A stretch of DNA of 64,000 nucleotides from Camelus ferus (lineage: Eukaryota), in assembly GCF_009834535.1 (NCBI RefSeq), contig NC_045696.1, forward strand, positions 5,396,001 through 5,460,000. Reading direction: 5' to 3'. Made by a program: the position numbers and the translations under genes. The notes under the pieces were generated by a model. It was not told the DNA's origin, ran no database searches, and saw only the letters and a program-made list of their open reading frames with translations. Below are positions 22,816-35,499 of the stretch, one piece after another. Within the stretch, counting starts at the first letter, position 1, and every line of letters starts with the position of its first letter.

Positions 22816-25249
22816 CGTTGGATTCCTTGTCCCGTGAGGTAAGAGCTACCACAGTGGCAAGGTCCAGCAGAAACTTAAAAAATTGCCTCCAGGCCAAGAA
22901 ACTAAATCAAAAACTATATTTCCCAGAGAAACGACTCCATTTTATTTACTCATTGGGCCCCTTCCAAATCGCAGAGATTTTGGAAGGTAAATGTGAGCTC
23001 CTGCCAACCCGACTGTGCAGTAGCCTGAGCACTGCTGCGCCAGATGCGGTCTCTTTTCTAGAGCCAATTAGCATGGATTTGATGCGCAGCCATTGATTTG
23101 ATGAGTGCATTATTTCCACCTCTCTCAGGAAGGCAGATTAGAAGCAGTTTACAGTCACGTGAGATGGAGATCAGTATTTATTTATAGCTCTGCCTCAGGG
23201 CTGTGTTAATTCTCCTGCCCTGCATCACAATTTAATCCGAAAAGACCTGGACCATCTGGACCTTCCTCAGAGCATCACATTGGTCCACCATCCAGATGAC
23301 ATGTTAAGTAGACTGAATAAACAAAAGGGGCAAGGATGCTGGAAGTTTCTGAAAGATACAAGTGCTCCAGGACGTGGGAGAAAATGCCATAAAGATTCGG
23401 GGGGGCGGGGTATTTAGGAAACTTTAAGGGGTCAATGGCTTGCTGGGACTTTCCCTCTAAAGTAAAGGGTGAATTACTGCATCTTGTACCTCTCATCTCT
23501 GAGGAGGAAGCCCAGCTCTGGAAGTAGCGTGTTTCTAACGCGGGAATATTGCTTAACACATTTACCACGTGACATGGAGGTGCCGGCTCTCAGGGATGCC
23601 CAGCGGGGGACAGGGCGCTGCAGGCTGCGGTGCCAGTGTGCCCGCAGCTCGGCGCCTGCAGCCTGGGAGACCCTGTATATCTAGGGTGGGAAGGTACTAC
23701 GCTAAGTGTCACTTACGACAAACCCCAGCAGGAGAATCACAGAGTAGACCTCTAGGATCCCAGAGCAAGACCATGCCAACTGCAGCAGAGAAACAGACAC
23801 TATTTGAAAAAAAAAAAAAAAAAAGCGTTTGTCCTGCTACTGGGTCTCAACTGAGACCGAGTTCCTAGCTATAGACACCAAGTGGCCAATGAAGCCATAA
23901 CTGCCCTATCATGACTCGGGGTCTGTCAGGATCCCACACACTCATGAGGTCAGGCAAGCAACAGGCAAATAATTCTTACAATGAAAGTGGAACCTACAGA
24001 CACGAGGCACCAGCAGGGCCGGAAGGGAAATGCAAGTTGCACCAGCAGGTGGCCTAGAGTCCCGTGTCACTGACTGCTGTTGCACCAGCGTTTCTCCTGC
24101 AGCTCACACCTGTGGCCACATGGGTGAGGGTGCATTTATTACCTGGGAAAGAGGAGGTAACAGGCTAAGTTTTAGCTCCTCGATGAGTCAGCTTGCTGCA
24201 CTGCACTCCCTGAAAATGGGCTACTGATGCACTGCAGCCGCTGAATGGATGGCCCTGAAAGTCACGGGGATGGAATCCTCCCAGAGGGAAGAGCGTCAGA
24301 CGTCTGTCATCCATTTGGAGCAGAAAAAGGGGCCTGAAGCTAGAACGCGTATGGACTCATGGGCGGTGGGCTTGGCTTCAGTGGCCTGGGGGAAGGAAGA
24401 TCTGAGGATTAAGGGACAAGGAGGCCTGTGATGATCCTGCAGGAGTGGGCAGTAAGTGTAAAAATCTTTGCGTTCTATGCCAGCATCCACCAGAGAGCGT
24501 TCACCATGGAAGAGACATTACACAACCAAGCAGATAAAATGCCCCAGCCAACTGAGGGCAGCCCTCCTCATCCATTGACCACACCAGTGTTTGCAAAATG
24601 GATACAAGAACAGAGCAGCCATGGTGACAGGAAGGAGGCTATTCAAGAGCTCGAGAGCGTGGGCTCCGACTCACCAAGACTGATCCAGCTGCTACTACGT
24701 CCAGCCGAATGTCCAGCTGCAAGCAACGGGGTCTCACCCTGAACTTTCAATATGGTACCATCATTCAGAGACCAACCAGCCACCCTGGAAGGGAGTGAGG
24801 CAACGTGACAGGCATTACCTCATATTCCTGTGTGAGTTTGCCTTTCCCGTCTACAGGGCTTCAGGAGGTTTACAGAATATTTGACGCACCAATATAAATC
24901 CCACACATCTCACTGGGCTTAAGGACTCACATTAGAGCAAAAAAGTTTAACAGTGGGCAAACGACCACAGATTCACGGGTCCAGTCACCTGCTGCACCAC
25001 GCTGAGGCTCTGACCTGATAGCACAGTGGAATAATCCTTGGAAGGCACAGGTAAAGCATCAGCTTGGAGGTGGTACCCCACGAGGGTGGCTGTCACCCTC
25101 CAGGATGTAGTACCCCCTCTAAATCAACAAGCAAACATGATACTGTGTCCCCAGTCAGTATTACATCCAAGCATGGGAATCAAGTGTGGAAGGAACAGTG
25201 GTCCTACTTACCGTCTTCCAAGGACACACTTGGGGAATTTTTCTTCCCA

Positions 25250-25465
25250 TCACTGAAACTCTGGACCCTGCAGGAAGAGGTCCTGCTTCCCAAAGGGGGA
25301 CTCTTTCCATTCAAAGACACAATAAGAGTCTCATTGAACTTTAAGCTACAACTGCCTCCTGGGTATTTTAGGCTTTTGGTGTTGTATGACCCACAGGCAA
25401 GGAAAAGTATCACCATTATGGCAGGAGTAATTGACCCTAAGCACAAAGAGGATGCTGTGACATAG
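25250..25465 (+). pseudogene. ERV-L dUTPase-like remnant downstream of integrase
   Basis: The 3' part of ORF 25064..25465 matches the ERV-L motif string EVLVPxGGxLPPGDT...PLNWKLRLPPGHFGLL...GVTVLAGVIDPD. Confidence 0.75.
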
Positions 25466-25553
25466 AAGGAAGAATGTTTCCACCATTCCCATCACCACTC
25501 AGGTGTCTGTTAGTGCTCCTCTGTCCAGTTTTGACAGTAAATGGAGAGGTACA

Positions 25554-26012
25554 GAAGTTGTAGTATATATATATACACACACACACACACACATATACAT
25601 ACATACAGTGGAATACTACTCGGCCATAAAAAAGAGTGAAATAATGTTATTTGCAAAACATGAATGGACCTGGAGATCATCATTCTGAGCCACAAAGAGA
25701 ATGAAAAATGCCACATGATATGGCTTATAGGTGGAATTTTTAAAAAAGACACAAATGAACTTATTTACAAAACAGAAACAGACTCACAGACATTGAGAAC
25801 AAACTTTCGGTTACCAGCAGGGGACAGGGGTGGGAAGGGATAAATTGGGAGCCTGAGATTTGCACTTCTTGGGGAGCGATGGAAATGTTAGCTATCTTGA
25901 CTGTGGTGGTGGTTTCATGGCTGTACACATCTATCAAAATTCATCAAACTGTACATCTGAAGTATGTGTAATTTACTGTACAGTAATTGTACCACAATAA
26001 AGTTTTTTAAAA
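25554..26012 (+). mobile_element. L1 3' fragment with alternative (type C) tail
   Basis: GGAATACTACTCGGCCATAAAAAAG...GGGATAAATTGGGAGCCTGAGATTTGCA, then CTTCTTGGGGAGCGATGGAAATGTTAG...CAATAAAGTTTTTTAAAA. Confidence 0.85.
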
Positions 26013-26375
26013 TTTTTCTTCAAAAAATGATTTTTCAGTGGAACATCGCTGCACATCCATCTGTGCACATGAGCAAGTATGTTATGTAATGCCAGGGCAG
26101 CCACCAAGAGCTGGGGTGGCAGGACCCAGAAAGTTTGTCCACTTTCATTTAATAGAGCCAGTTCTCCTCGCTCCCCGCTGACCCTCGCCTGCCTCTCTCA
26201 CGCCAGTGAAGTCCCCCGTGACCTCCTGGTCATCAGTGACATTTGACTCCACCTCCCAGCATCACAGGACAGTATCGTGTCACAATTCCCCTCCTAAAGC
26301 TCTGCTGTTAGTTTCTAGGATGTTTCTGCCTTTGTCCTTCCTCTCTCTGACGACTTTTTCTCAGCCTCTTCTGTC

Positions 26376-26530
26376 TAGTGGTTCTCAGGCTTTGGTGAGC
26401 AGAGGCTCACCTGGGCAGCTTAGGAAAGGCAGAATCCAGGCCTCCACCGCGTGGAAACTGCAGTTTCACAGATCTTCATGGGGCTGGGGAGTGTGCATTT
26501 CAACCAGTTCAGGGGAGTTCTGGTGCACCC
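26376..26530. mobile_element. MER5-like hAT-Charlie MITE
   Basis: CTAGTGGTTCTCAGGCTTTGG...TCACCTGGGCAGCTT...TGTGCATTTCAACCAG. Confidence 0.5.
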
Positions 26531-27379
26531 CGAGGGGATTCCGGGGCAGGTGACCCCGCAGAGAAGCCGCTTGTGGAGCTGCGAACTCCAGGATGAAAAT
26601 GACATGTGGCTCACTGGGGTTAACAACACCTGTTCTCAGCTCCAAGTCCCACGCTCTTTGGTGACTGAGCCTCCAGAAACACAGCACCGTGAGCAAGGGC
26701 TTCACTCCCTTCAGAGAGCCGGGTGAACCACACGTGCAAGGATAACGGAACCTTGAGCAAAGCCCAACACCCTGCTCGTGACCCCTCCCAGTTCAGTCTC
26801 GAGGCTGAGCTGCCCAGACAGGTCTAAGCGCCAAAGTTCAAACGCTCTCCTAACCTTACCGCGTTTGGCATCTTAGGTCGCAGGAAAGAATCCTTCCAAA
26901 ATGTTCGCCCATTTTAAGGAGCCTCTTGCTACCTGAAGTCCACTTTGAAATAAGAGGTACGGTCTTACAATTACAGTAAGTTACGATAATGATTACACAC
27001 GGGGCCTGCGTATTCCATGGCAGCTTTCTTTGTGGTGTTGAAGCCATTTACCTCTAAAAACATCCTTAGTGACAATACGGCAAGGGAGAATCAACCCTAT
27101 TTAAAAAAAAAAAAAAAAAAAAAGCAATGTTATTGAGGTATAATTTACATATGATAAAATGCACCTATTCTGATGCATTTTAACAGATTTACTTGTATAA
27201 CCACCTGTGATAAACTGAATAATAACGCCCCCACGTGTGTGTGTGTGTGTCCTAGTCCCTAGAACCTGGCGGTCTGTTACGTTATATGGGAGACATCCTG
27301 ACTCAGGCTACAACAGATGGCCGTCCCCAGAGGTGGAGCTGTGGACTCAGAGAGTGGAGCCTCAAGTCCCCAAACATTC

Positions 27380-28650
27380 TTTTTCCTTTGAACTTATTTT
27401 AATGGAGGTCTAACGTGCAACGCGATGGTTTGATATTTGTATATATTACAAAACGATCACCACAGTGAGTCTGGTTAATATCCTTCATACGTAGTTAGAT
27501 TTTTTTCTTGTGATGAGAACTTTTAAGATCTACTCTCTTAGCAGCTTTCAAACATGCAGTACAGCATTATTAACCATAGTCACCACGTGGTAACTTACAG
27601 CTCCGTGACTTCCTTATGATATAACTGGAGGTTTGTACCTTTCGACCCTCTTCATCCATTTGACCCACCTTCCACCCCCAGCCTCTGGCAACCACCAATC
27701 TGTTTTCTGTATCTTTGAACATGGTTTTTTGTTCGTTTGTTTCCAATTCCACATGTAAGTGAGATCATAGTATTTGTTTTCTCTGTCTTACTTCACTTAG
27801 CATAATGTCAGCAAGTTTCATCCATGTTGCTGCAAATGGTAGGATTTTATTCTTTTTCATTTGCTGAATAATGTTATATACACACACATATATATGCCAA
27901 ATTTTCTTTATCCATTTATCTGTCAATGGGCATTTAGGTTGCTTCCGTATCTTGGCTGTTGTAACAGCGCTGCCATGAACACAGAGGCTCGTACATACGT
28001 CTTTTCTAGTCAGTGTTTTCATTTTCTTCAGATAAATGCCCAGAAGTGGGACTGCTGGATCATGTGGTAGTCCTATTTTTAATTTTTTGAAGAACCTCCA
28101 TACTGTTTTCCACAGTGACTGCACCAATTTACATTCCCACCAACAGCGCAGGGTCATGGCCTTTTCTCCACATCCTTATCAGCATTTGCTTTCTTATTTG
28201 TTCTGTTTTGGATGATAGCCATTCTGGTAGGTGCGAGATGATAGCTCATTGTGGCTTTGATTTGCTGATGAGTGATGTTGAGCATCTTTTCATGTACCTG
28301 TTGGCCATCTGTGTGTCTTCTTTGTATGAATATCTATACAGATATTCTGCCTATTTTTTAAGTGGATTGTTTGGGGTTTTGCTATTGAGTTGTATGAGCT
28401 CTTTACATATTTTGGATATGAACCCCTTGACAGATATGTGATTGGCAGATACTTTCTCCCATTCAGTACGTTGCCTTTTCATTCTGTTGATGGTTTTTTG
28501 CGGTGAAGAGCTTTTAAAATTTGAGATAGTCCCGTTTGCTTATTTTTGCCACTGTTGCCTTTGCTTTGGACGCCAGATCCAAAAACATCATGGCCAAGAC
28601 TGATGTCAAGGAGCTTCCTGCTTACGTTTTCTTCTAGGAGTTTTATGATT
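27380..28650 (-). mobile_element. L1MA-like 3' fragment inserted within MaLR sequence
   Basis: ORF 27765..28157 ([38 protein letters not shown]...WIKKIW...PFAATWM). L1MA 3' UTR TTTTAAGATCTACTCTCTTAGCA. Confidence 0.85.
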
Positions 28651-28654
28651 TCCC

Positions 28655-29090
28655 CAAAGGCTTATCCTTCAGCCCTGTAACCTAGTGGAGTTTCTCCTGC
28701 TGGATTTCTAATTGCTTGGGACCGGTTAGTCCCTCTTCCTCTTAATTTTCTCCTTTGCGTAGGCACATCTATAACATCATCCTACGCCTGCCCCACTGTG
28801 GTACTTTGGGAGCCGACAGCTTGTCTTCTAATTTTACACGCCCACAGTTGGAGAGGAATTTCGCCCCAGGATGTGGGTCATACCCAGAGTCTCACCCATA
28901 CCTGACTTCATGATTTAGATAATGAGATCTGGGACTTCTGAGCCGATAAGACAGATGAGATTACGGACTTGAGTTGATGCTGTAAAGATTTGAGAATCTC
29001 GGGGACTCTGGCATGGGGTGGCTAATTTGCACGTGGGATGGGCACAACTGTTTGGGAGCCTGAGGGCAGACTGCGGTCGGCTAAATAGTG
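28655..29090 (+). mobile_element. MLT1 internal region 3' end, polypurine tract and LTR start
   Basis: GAGAGGAATTTCGCCCCAGGATG...AGTCTCACCCATACCTGA...GAGTTGATGCTG...GAGGGCAGAC-TGCGGTCGGCTAAATA. A related LTR start lies at 27206-27290. Confidence 0.6.
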
Positions 29091-30210
29091 AGTATTTCCT
29101 TTTTACGGTTGAGTAGTATTTATATTGTGTGAATGTATCAAAACCTATTTATCCATTTTTCTGTTGGTGGCCATTTGGGTTGTTGCTAGTTTGGGCTGCT
29201 CTAAATAAAAACTGCCACGAACATTCACGTCCTGGTCAGTGTGGGCAGATAAATGCTATTTTTAATCTGAGAAAACCGAGCAATAGAAGTGAATTGACCA
29301 GCAAGTTTTCTGCACTGAAGTTGGAGTCACATGGAAACATTGTACATCTTGTTTAGAGCTAAAAATAATACAATCCTTGTAGAATATAATTAGTGTTTCT
29401 GTAAACCTTCTTCGGAGTGTACTAGAAGTTCTCATTTGACAATTTAGAGTAAAGTCACATCAATCTGCATTTACAGAAGAATGTTTTTTTTAAAAAAAAG
29501 CCTGCTTTTATGGTTTCTCGGTGTATAAGGTAACAAAGATCATTTGCCTCACAAGATGTTTCTAGGAAAAGACTCTGAGGTATTTATTTAAACAGTAATT
29601 ATCCTCCATTGTAATGTGCCTTTGACAGTCCCTTAAACAGTCCCCCTGGGATCCCAATTACACTGTTAATTTGCTTAGCAAACACTTCCCACCTACAGGG
29701 CAGGGTCGTAGCCTTTTCTCCGCATCCTTATCAGCATTTGTTACCTTGTTTGTTACTGTTTTGGATGACAGCTATTCTAACAGATGTGCGGTGCGAGAGT
29801 ACAACAGGAAACAGGAGCTAAACCCAGAGACTTATCACAAATCCCTAGGTCATGAGGTCCAATTAATGAAATCGTACAACTTCAGGTGACATAATCAGGA
29901 TCTCACCAGCTCAGCCCAAGAGGAAGGGCAAGTTCCTAAGTCCAAGCGATCAGGTAGTACTGGGGCAGCTGAGGCTACATGGAGGGGAGGCGGCCTCCCC
30001 ACTTCACCGACAGTCAGGCGGCAACACTGTGGGGCCAGCCTCGTTTGGTGCATATGCTTCCTCGTGGGAGAATTCCTTCCACAAACTTCAGCATAAAGAA
30101 ATAGTATGTTTAATAACCAAAGACAGAAATAATTCATAGCAATTTTGAACACATCAGATCAGCCTGGAATAGATGAGCAAACGTAACTGTCAGAAAAATG
30201 GGCCTATTAA

Positions 30211-31024
30211 GACAAAATTTGTAGATACTGACAGGCATATGCAGAATAGATAAGCAAGATTATACTGTACAGCACAGGGAAGTATATACAAGATCTTGCG
30301 GTCACTCACAGCAAAAAAAAAAGTGACAATGAATATACGTATGTTCATGTATAACTGAAAAATTGTGCTCTATGCTGGAATTTGACACAACATTGTAAAA
30401 TGACTATAACTCAATAAAAAAAAGTTAAAAAAAAAAAAAAAGGAAAGAAATAAGACATGGAAACAGCCTAAAAGTCCATCGACAGATGACTGGATAAAGA
30501 AGCTGTGGTATATTTATACAATGGAATGCTACTCAGCCATAAAAAATAATAAAACAATGCCATTTGCAGCAACATGGATGGACCTGGAGATCATCATTCT
30601 AAGTGAAGTCAGCCAGAAAGAGAAAGAAAAACACCATATGGTATCACTTATATGTGGATTCTAAAAAGAAAAAAAAAAAGACACAAATGAACTTATTTAC
30701 AAAACAGAAACAGACTCACAGACATAGAAAATAAACTTATGGTTACCAGAGGGGAAGGGAGCAGGAAGGGATAAATTGGGAGTTCAAGATTTGCAGATAT
30801 TTACTACTATATATATAATAGATGAGCAACAATTTTCTACTGCACAGCACAGGGAGCTATATTCAATATCTGGTAGTAACCTATAATGAAAAAGAATGTG
30901 AAAATGAATAGATGTATGTATTTGTATGACTGAAACATGCTGTACACCAGAAATTGACTCAACATTGTAAATTGACTATGCTTCAATAAAAAAATAAATT
31001 TTAAAAATAAAAAATTTTTTAAAA
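30211..31024 (+). mobile_element. Two L1 3' ends in tandem (type A 30215-30450; type B 30451-31024)
   Basis: Two distinct 3' UTRs, each with an A-rich tail. Outer TSD AGAAAAATGGGCCTATTAA / AGAAAAATAGGTCTATTAA. Inner repeat TAAGACA. Confidence 0.85.
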
Positions 31025-31309
31025 GAAAAATAGGTCTATTAAATTCCTCCCCCAAAAGAAGTGAGAGTGAGGATGGGGTGTTTCATAACCTGCATGACAC
31101 GAAAGAAAGGGAGTGGAAAGTTTGTGAAGCTCTTGACAAGACTTTTGGGAAAGCCACTGGCCAAGGCCAAAGCCATTCAGCCCCCTGGGCTTGGATCTCG
31201 TCATGGGGAGCCTTTTATCTGAAGAAGTGTGTTTTAAGACTCACCCTTAAGGAAATTTTTGCAAAGCCATGGTGCTACCTTTGGGAGCACTGAGTCCCAG
31301 GGGCATGCT

Positions 31310-31451
31310 GCAGACGGCATTCAGACCCGCGGGGCCAGTTGTGTGCTTCTCAGTTGGAAGCTGGAAACCACCTGATGGCAGTATTTACACCACAGAAACG
31401 GGAAATGCGCAGAAGAGGTCCCCCCATGCCCACTTACCAGCACAGCACAGC
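31310..31451. mobile_element. MER63-like hAT MITE
   Basis: GCAGTATTTACACCACAGAAACGGGAAATGC and terminal TTACCAGCACAGCACAG. Confidence 0.55.
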
Positions 31452-31707
31452 CAGCGACGCTATGTGGCTTTCTGACCACTCCATAGCCAGAGCGCGGCTG
31501 AGAGCAAGTGCTCAGAAATCTCTCAGTAAGTGTAGGAGGCTTATCAGAGGCTAAAGGAAAACGTGCTGCAGAAAATACTTGCCAAGTACCTTATTGCTGT
31601 TGGATGTGCCTACCTTGCTCATAAGGCGTTAGCTTAAAGCAGGCGAGTTTAAGAACCTTCTCCTTTAATTAACCAGAAGCGTGGGGGAAGGATTTTGCGA
31701 AGACCAG

Positions 31708-32190
31708 CAAAGGAGAGCAGAACACGCCACCCCAAAATATGCCGCTTTGGTGTATTGATTATTTTGAATTAAAGATATATGAGAAACAGCTGTCACAAGA
31801 ACACTCTGATCCTCTGTCTCCCTGAAAGCAAGAGAGAAATCTCCCATGTGAAGGTGCCCTCCCTGTACCAGGAGGGTAGAAGTCACCCTTATCACCAGCG
31901 CCTGGGAATTTAGGGCAGAGAAAACCGTATAAACAAACCTTATTATTTCACAATCTACTACCACAAGCCCCTAAACCCCTTTGGCTTGTCAATTCTTCAC
32001 AAATTTATTTTCTTTGTACAAAAGATATAAAAGCTTCCTGCTCTGATCACTTCTCGAGTCTTACCTTTTTATGGGATTCCCGTACATGTGTATGTAATTA
32101 AATTTTCTCTGTACTCTGTATTGTGTAGATTTAATTATTAAACCAGCCAAGGAACTTAGAAGGGAAGAAGAGAATTTTCTCACTCCTCTG
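31708..32190 (+). mobile_element. MER34-like ERV1 solo LTR
   Basis: GCAGAACACGCCACCCCAAAATATGCCGCTTTGG...GATTATTTTGAATTAAAG. Ends CCAGCCAAGGAACTTAGAAGGGAAGAAG. Confidence 0.7.
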
Positions 32191-33608
32191 TTAAAGATGT
32201 CAGGCACTTGTGTATGTGTGTGTGCGTGTGGCAAAACCAGAAAACTTGACACAGAATAGCTTAAACAAGTAAAGAGATTTACTTTTCTCATGTAACGTGA
32301 AGTTTCGTGGTGAACAGTCCGAGGCCAATGCCAGCGCTCGAGGATACTTGCAGTGAGGACGCCTGACCACTAGCCTTTCTGAGGGCACTCTAAGTGCTGA
32401 CATGGAGCTTTTGATTGCCAAGAACTCCATCTCAAATAAATGCGTTACCAGCTACACAACTAAGTAAAGAACCAGGCTGTCGCACCCATGAAGTTCTCCT
32501 TTCAGAAAGCCCTGGGTGACCTAGAGAACTGACCACTGGAGTGACCTTGTGTGTCCCTTCCTGCACTTGAATTCCTGACTCATGTAAATTTGCCAATAAA
32601 GAGTGAGCCTGCCACACCCTACGCACCCCATCCTCAACTCCAGCAAAGAGAGTGCACACTCACTCACTCACCTGCGACTGTGCAGCCTCAGGTGTGGTGT
32701 GTGCCCTCCGGAACCCACAAGTAATAAACCTGGCTTTTTCAGTGGTTAATGCTGAGGTGCATCTTGCAATCATAATAAGAACCACAAGGGCCAGTCCCAG
32801 CCTCAGCATAGGCTCAGGTCAGGGAAATGTCTGTGGGGACTCCCGCAGGAGCTCAGGTGGGTGCCTCCAGGCATTCCTAGCCAACAGCATCATTATCAAT
32901 AGGCTAAGGCCGACACAAACAACGTCATCCTGTGTCTTCTGGCTTCATCATTACTACCACATGACTCTAGGGGTTAAAAAATGGCTGCTGTTGCTCCAGC
33001 TATTACATCTGTATTCCAGGCAGACAGAAGAGGGTAAGCACAAGAGAGGCCTCTCCCAGGGACTTCTGCCTGAGCTAGAATTCTGTAAAAAGCCACCCTC
33101 GCTGCAAAGGAGCCTGTAAAATTAAATATTTTTATTTGGTGGCCTCTAGAGTAGAGAGTAGAGCAAGAAAGAGGGGAAAGGGTGTGGAATGATTGATCCA
33201 ACACAGATTCCAATCCCATTGTCTCTGGAATTCAGATGCAGAATCTCATGTATTTCGAGTTTACAGAACGTCCACTTTTAAGGTCTTTCTCAGCTGGGGA
33301 CCAACCACAGAGCACAGAGAATGATTTGAGTGGCTATTGCTCAACCCTCCCTTGGATGGAATTCTACTCACATCATCCGAGATGCAGAGGAGATCAGGTC
33401 ACTCATCACCTGCAATGGAGGGGCCTTGTCTACTAGAATCTCTCAATCTCATTGGAATAGAAAATCCACTCATACATGGGGACACTGGGCAGACTCTGAG
33501 TATCTCCTGGGTATAAACAATGTACTGGGAGAAAATGGAAAAGAAAGAGAGCCATTAAACGATGGAAAGACCTAGGAAGGTTTCAAGAGGAATGGAGATC
33601 CAGCTGGG

Positions 33609-34064
33609 TGTTGTGATCCCCAAAGACCCCGCAATGGGTACTTTGTCCAGAGTTGTAAATGCCAACCAAACAAAACCAGGTTCTATACAACAAAGCAGAA
33701 ACTTTATTCATTGATCAAGGAATGGAGAAGTGAGGGCTTGCGCTCTAAAAACACCTTCTCCTGGAGGAGAGAGAAGTAAAGGAATTTTAAGGGGTAGGAT
33801 GCAGGCATGTCATCAGGGCTCTAGGAAAGGAGGGGACATTCCTGTGGGCAGCTGGGCCATGCTCAGTCTTCCGGGCATCTTTGCACTCTGCATGATTTGT
33901 GCCTAGCAGAGTGCCAGTCTCCCCTCCCACTCCTCAGGCAGAAAGCATAACTTTCGGACGTCTCCAGATCTCATCTGTGCATCTGTGGCCCAGTCAGAGC
34001 TGGTTCACAGTGTTAACCACTGCATATCTCTTGAAGCACAGCTATAAAACATCTCTGACAAATA
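33609..34064 (-). mobile_element. Probable solo LTR
   Basis: Starts TGTTGTGA with TTTATT (minus-strand AATAAA) at ~33704. Appears to interrupt an L2-like GAGCTGGG...TTTTGAA segment. Right boundary approximate. Confidence 0.4.
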
Positions 34065-34437
34065 CTGGTGTTTTGAAATAAACACAAGATAAAGCAAGGC
34101 AAGGACCCTTTATCTCTCAGGGGCAGGCATGGGCAACCCAGCTTCAGCAGGTACCAGGAAAGTACGGGTACACTGACAGGTAGGGAGCGCACCTGTGTAC
34201 TTAGAGGGGCAGGGACGGGTGGGTGGGGTAACAGAAGGTTAAAAAATAGATAAGAGTGACTTTTGGCAGACTTTGAATGTTGGGCTAGGACACCAACGGA
34301 ACACGGTAAATGATTAAGAAGACCAGACATTGGCAAAGCAGTTAGGAGGCTGTTGCAATAGTGGAAGAAGAGAGACTGAGGCTGAGAACAAGGGAAGGCG
34401 GTGCCACGACGGAGAGGAAGAGGCCGGCCTGGAGCCG

Positions 34438-34614
34438 AGGCTCTCAGCCTGGGCTGCAGGTTAGACTCAGGGGGCTTCCCAAGTACAGATGCCTCTGCTC
34501 GGCCTGCAGACCAACTGAATCAGAATCCCCGGGGGTGAGGGCCAGGGCTCTGTGCTTGAAAGCGAGCTCTGCAGGTGACTGCAGCGTGTGCTCAGGTTGA
34601 AAACCACGGCTCCA
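34438..34614. mobile_element. MER5A-like hAT-Charlie MITE
   Basis: CAGACCAACTGAATCAGAATCCCCGGGGGTGAGGGCCAGG...CAGGTGACT...AGGTTGAAAACCAC. Confidence 0.75.
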
Positions 34615-35499
34615 GAGATGGGGGAAGGGGCAAGCCACTGAGTTTGCTGACCCGTTGGATGGGAGAGGGAGGGGCTGAAAGTGAGCTCCGGGTCGATTCC
34701 ATGAGTGTTGAGGAGGCGACGCCCTCAGATGGGGGTCCTGACGAAGAAGAGGAGCGGCTGCTGGAGGGAAGGCAGTGCGGGTCAGGGCGGAGGGCCGGGC
34801 GGGGAAGGGGCTGAGAAGCTCCTCTCCTGTTGGTCTAGTCTCCATCAAGGACAGACAAAGGAGACCCTGAAGGACAAGGAAGGCAAGAAAATATCCCTTC
34901 CAGCCTCAGTCCTGCAGGACCCACTGGGTTTGCACTTTAATGAGGTGAAGACCTTTTTGGAAGTACTTTCGTGGTGGCTCAGGTCTCAACAGATACCACT
35001 ATTTTGCATGAGAAATTTTTAAATGGCATTTGGTGTCAGAACAATGACAAACCCAGCCCTGTGTTCCTGCTCTGGCCTGAGGCCCAGCTGCTAGACTGAT
35101 GGCCGTGTTCTTTGAGTGTTATGATGTGCCCTTGGCTCTGATTTGCTTAGTTTCACTGAACCATTTTGGAACTATGTACAGATTTTGGATTTCACACTCT
35201 CTAAAAGTTGATGAGCTGATTAATTGTTCTCTTTTTAAGTTTGGCAATAGGCTGAGTTATTTGGAAATCTTTCAAGGACTTCAGTTTGGATTGCAAAGCA
35301 ATCTTTCTGCCCAAATTCCACTTATATCAGAGCTCCAAGGGAGTCCAGGGAAAGAACTCATTCTCTGAATTCAATTTCTCTCCTATCACATCTGCTCAAC
35401 CCTGATCCCACCCAATTTTCCTTGGCTTTCCCCTCAGCCAACTTCTGAGCATTTGTGGGGAGCTTTTCCAAAGTGTGCTACTTCCTTTATGACGTTTTT

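Larger units (their letters stand above)
21360..25553 (+). mobile_element. Decayed ERV-L class internal region: gag-pro-RT-RNaseH-integrase-dUTPase
   Basis: Gag-like LSEVEMPEL (~21470) and WRWWYQDCVPRSNTDEQP (~21830). RT motifs AAIDL, KQF and LPQGCVNSPALHHNLIRKDLDHL...VHHPDDM (YIDD site decayed, 23289-23300). RNaseH/IN junction VKIFAFYASIHQRA...WIQEQSSHG...ECPA. dUTPase-like EVLLPKGGLFP...LNFKLQLPPGYFRLL...ITIMAGVIDP. Many stops and frameshifts. Confidence 0.88.

Noticed and set aside
23806..23825. Isolated poly-A runs (also 825-845, 27103-27123, 43014-43030) as processed pseudogene tails
   Set aside because: No upstream mRNA-like body or clear TSD. More simply explained by slippage expansion.
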